Below, piece after piece: positions 63,694 to 64,000 of a DNA stretch of 64,000 nt. Positions within the stretch are counted from its first letter, which is position 1; each line of letters opens with the position of its first letter. The notes under the pieces are model-generated. The model saw nothing but the letters and a program-made list of their open reading frames with translations. It was not told where the DNA came from and did no database searches. A program made the position numbers and the translations under genes. Source of the stretch: Candidatus Zhuqueibacterota bacterium (GTDB taxonomy: Bacteria > Zhuqueibacterota > Zhuqueibacteria > Residuimicrobiales > Oceaniaggregativiventaceae); contig WJMF01000055.1 of assembly GCA_014728085.1 (NCBI GenBank), positions 21,045 to 85,044 of the forward strand. Direction: 5' to 3'.

Positions 63694-64000
63694 CAGGTCC
63701 GATCTTTTTTGATCAATTGAACAAAGACATCATCAAGGCCGGCCGGTATTGTTTTTATTGCCTCGACCTGAATTTTCTGCTGCCGCAAAACCGTTTCGAT
63801 TTTTGTTTTGACCCGTTCTTCATGTTTTCCGCTGATATGAATTTTATCTCCAAAAATCTGCACAGAATCAATATGATCCTGTCCCGTCAGACGGCGCGCA
63901 GCCTTTACCGTGTTTTGACAATAAAGTTCAATGAGCACACCGTTAAAATCCGCCGGAATCCGGCCGGGCTCCTTAAGCAACAACAGCTCGCCATGATGCA
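63693..64000 (-). CDS. ABC transporter ATP-binding protein, C-terminal part (the gene continues beyond the window end)
   Basis: The C-terminal ABC ATPase motif IPAGLDDVFVQLI is present. An ATGA stop/start overlap links it to the following ATPase, which suggests a split YbhF-like tandem ATPase. Confidence 0.65.
   Translation of the reverse strand, partial: HHGELLLLKEPGRIPADFNGVLIELYCQNTVKAARRLTGQDHIDSVQIFGDKIHISGKHEERVKTKIETVLRQQKIQVEAIKTIPAGLDDVFVQLIKKDRT

Noticed and set aside
1-64000. CRISPR arrays, transposases, integrases, phage genes
   Set aside because: I found no regularly spaced direct repeats. I found no ORF with a DDE or tyrosine-recombinase signature anywhere in the window. The AT-rich island has no identifiable mobility gene.

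Overview
This 64 kb window is a densely coded bacterial chromosomal segment of roughly 50% GC with no rRNA, CRISPR array or recognisable mobile element. A type-9-secretion C-terminal sorting domain, an S46 dipeptidyl-peptidase and DUF4139/DUF1080-type proteins point to the FCB superphylum. The genes nevertheless carry clear Shine-Dalgarno sites (AGGAGG/AAGGAG), which argues against Bacteroidia. I can support about 55 genes.

Recognisable housekeeping content includes:
- a compact lysine-biosynthesis operon (dapE-like, lysC, dapB, dapA, dapD)
- a heptose-7-phosphate kinase plus GmhB pair
- recG and valS
- rlmH, khpA and mutM, the last with a TTG start
- a CIRCE-controlled groES-groEL
- a YbhFSR-type ABC-2 exporter

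Four regions deserve a closer look:
- an operon of a secreted pentaheme c-type cytochrome followed by a Cyc2-like fused monoheme-cytochrome/beta-barrel porin, a candidate outer-membrane electron conduit, flanked by desulfoferrodoxin and a nitroreductase
- a long minus-strand glycan operon that combines a polyprenyl-phosphate sugar synthase, a flippase-like UPF0104 membrane protein and a DUF2723/TMEM260-like GT-C with TPR repeats, with two RmlD-like reductases, a GT4 and methyltransferases nearby; this predicts an undescribed periplasmic (protein O-)glycosylation system
- a polysaccharide-utilisation neighbourhood (heparinase II/III-like lyase, MFS transporter, GALK2-like kinase, secreted GH) that runs into an AT-rich island encoding a 556-aa orphan protein and an orphan tandem-FeoA protein
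- a zone of gene decay: a truncated CaCA antiporter, a partial UPF0316, a PMI C-terminal fragment, and a DUF3179 pseudogene with an in-frame TGA at the position of a conserved Cys

Several rho-independent (some bidirectional) terminators and candidate operator palindromes are also annotated.
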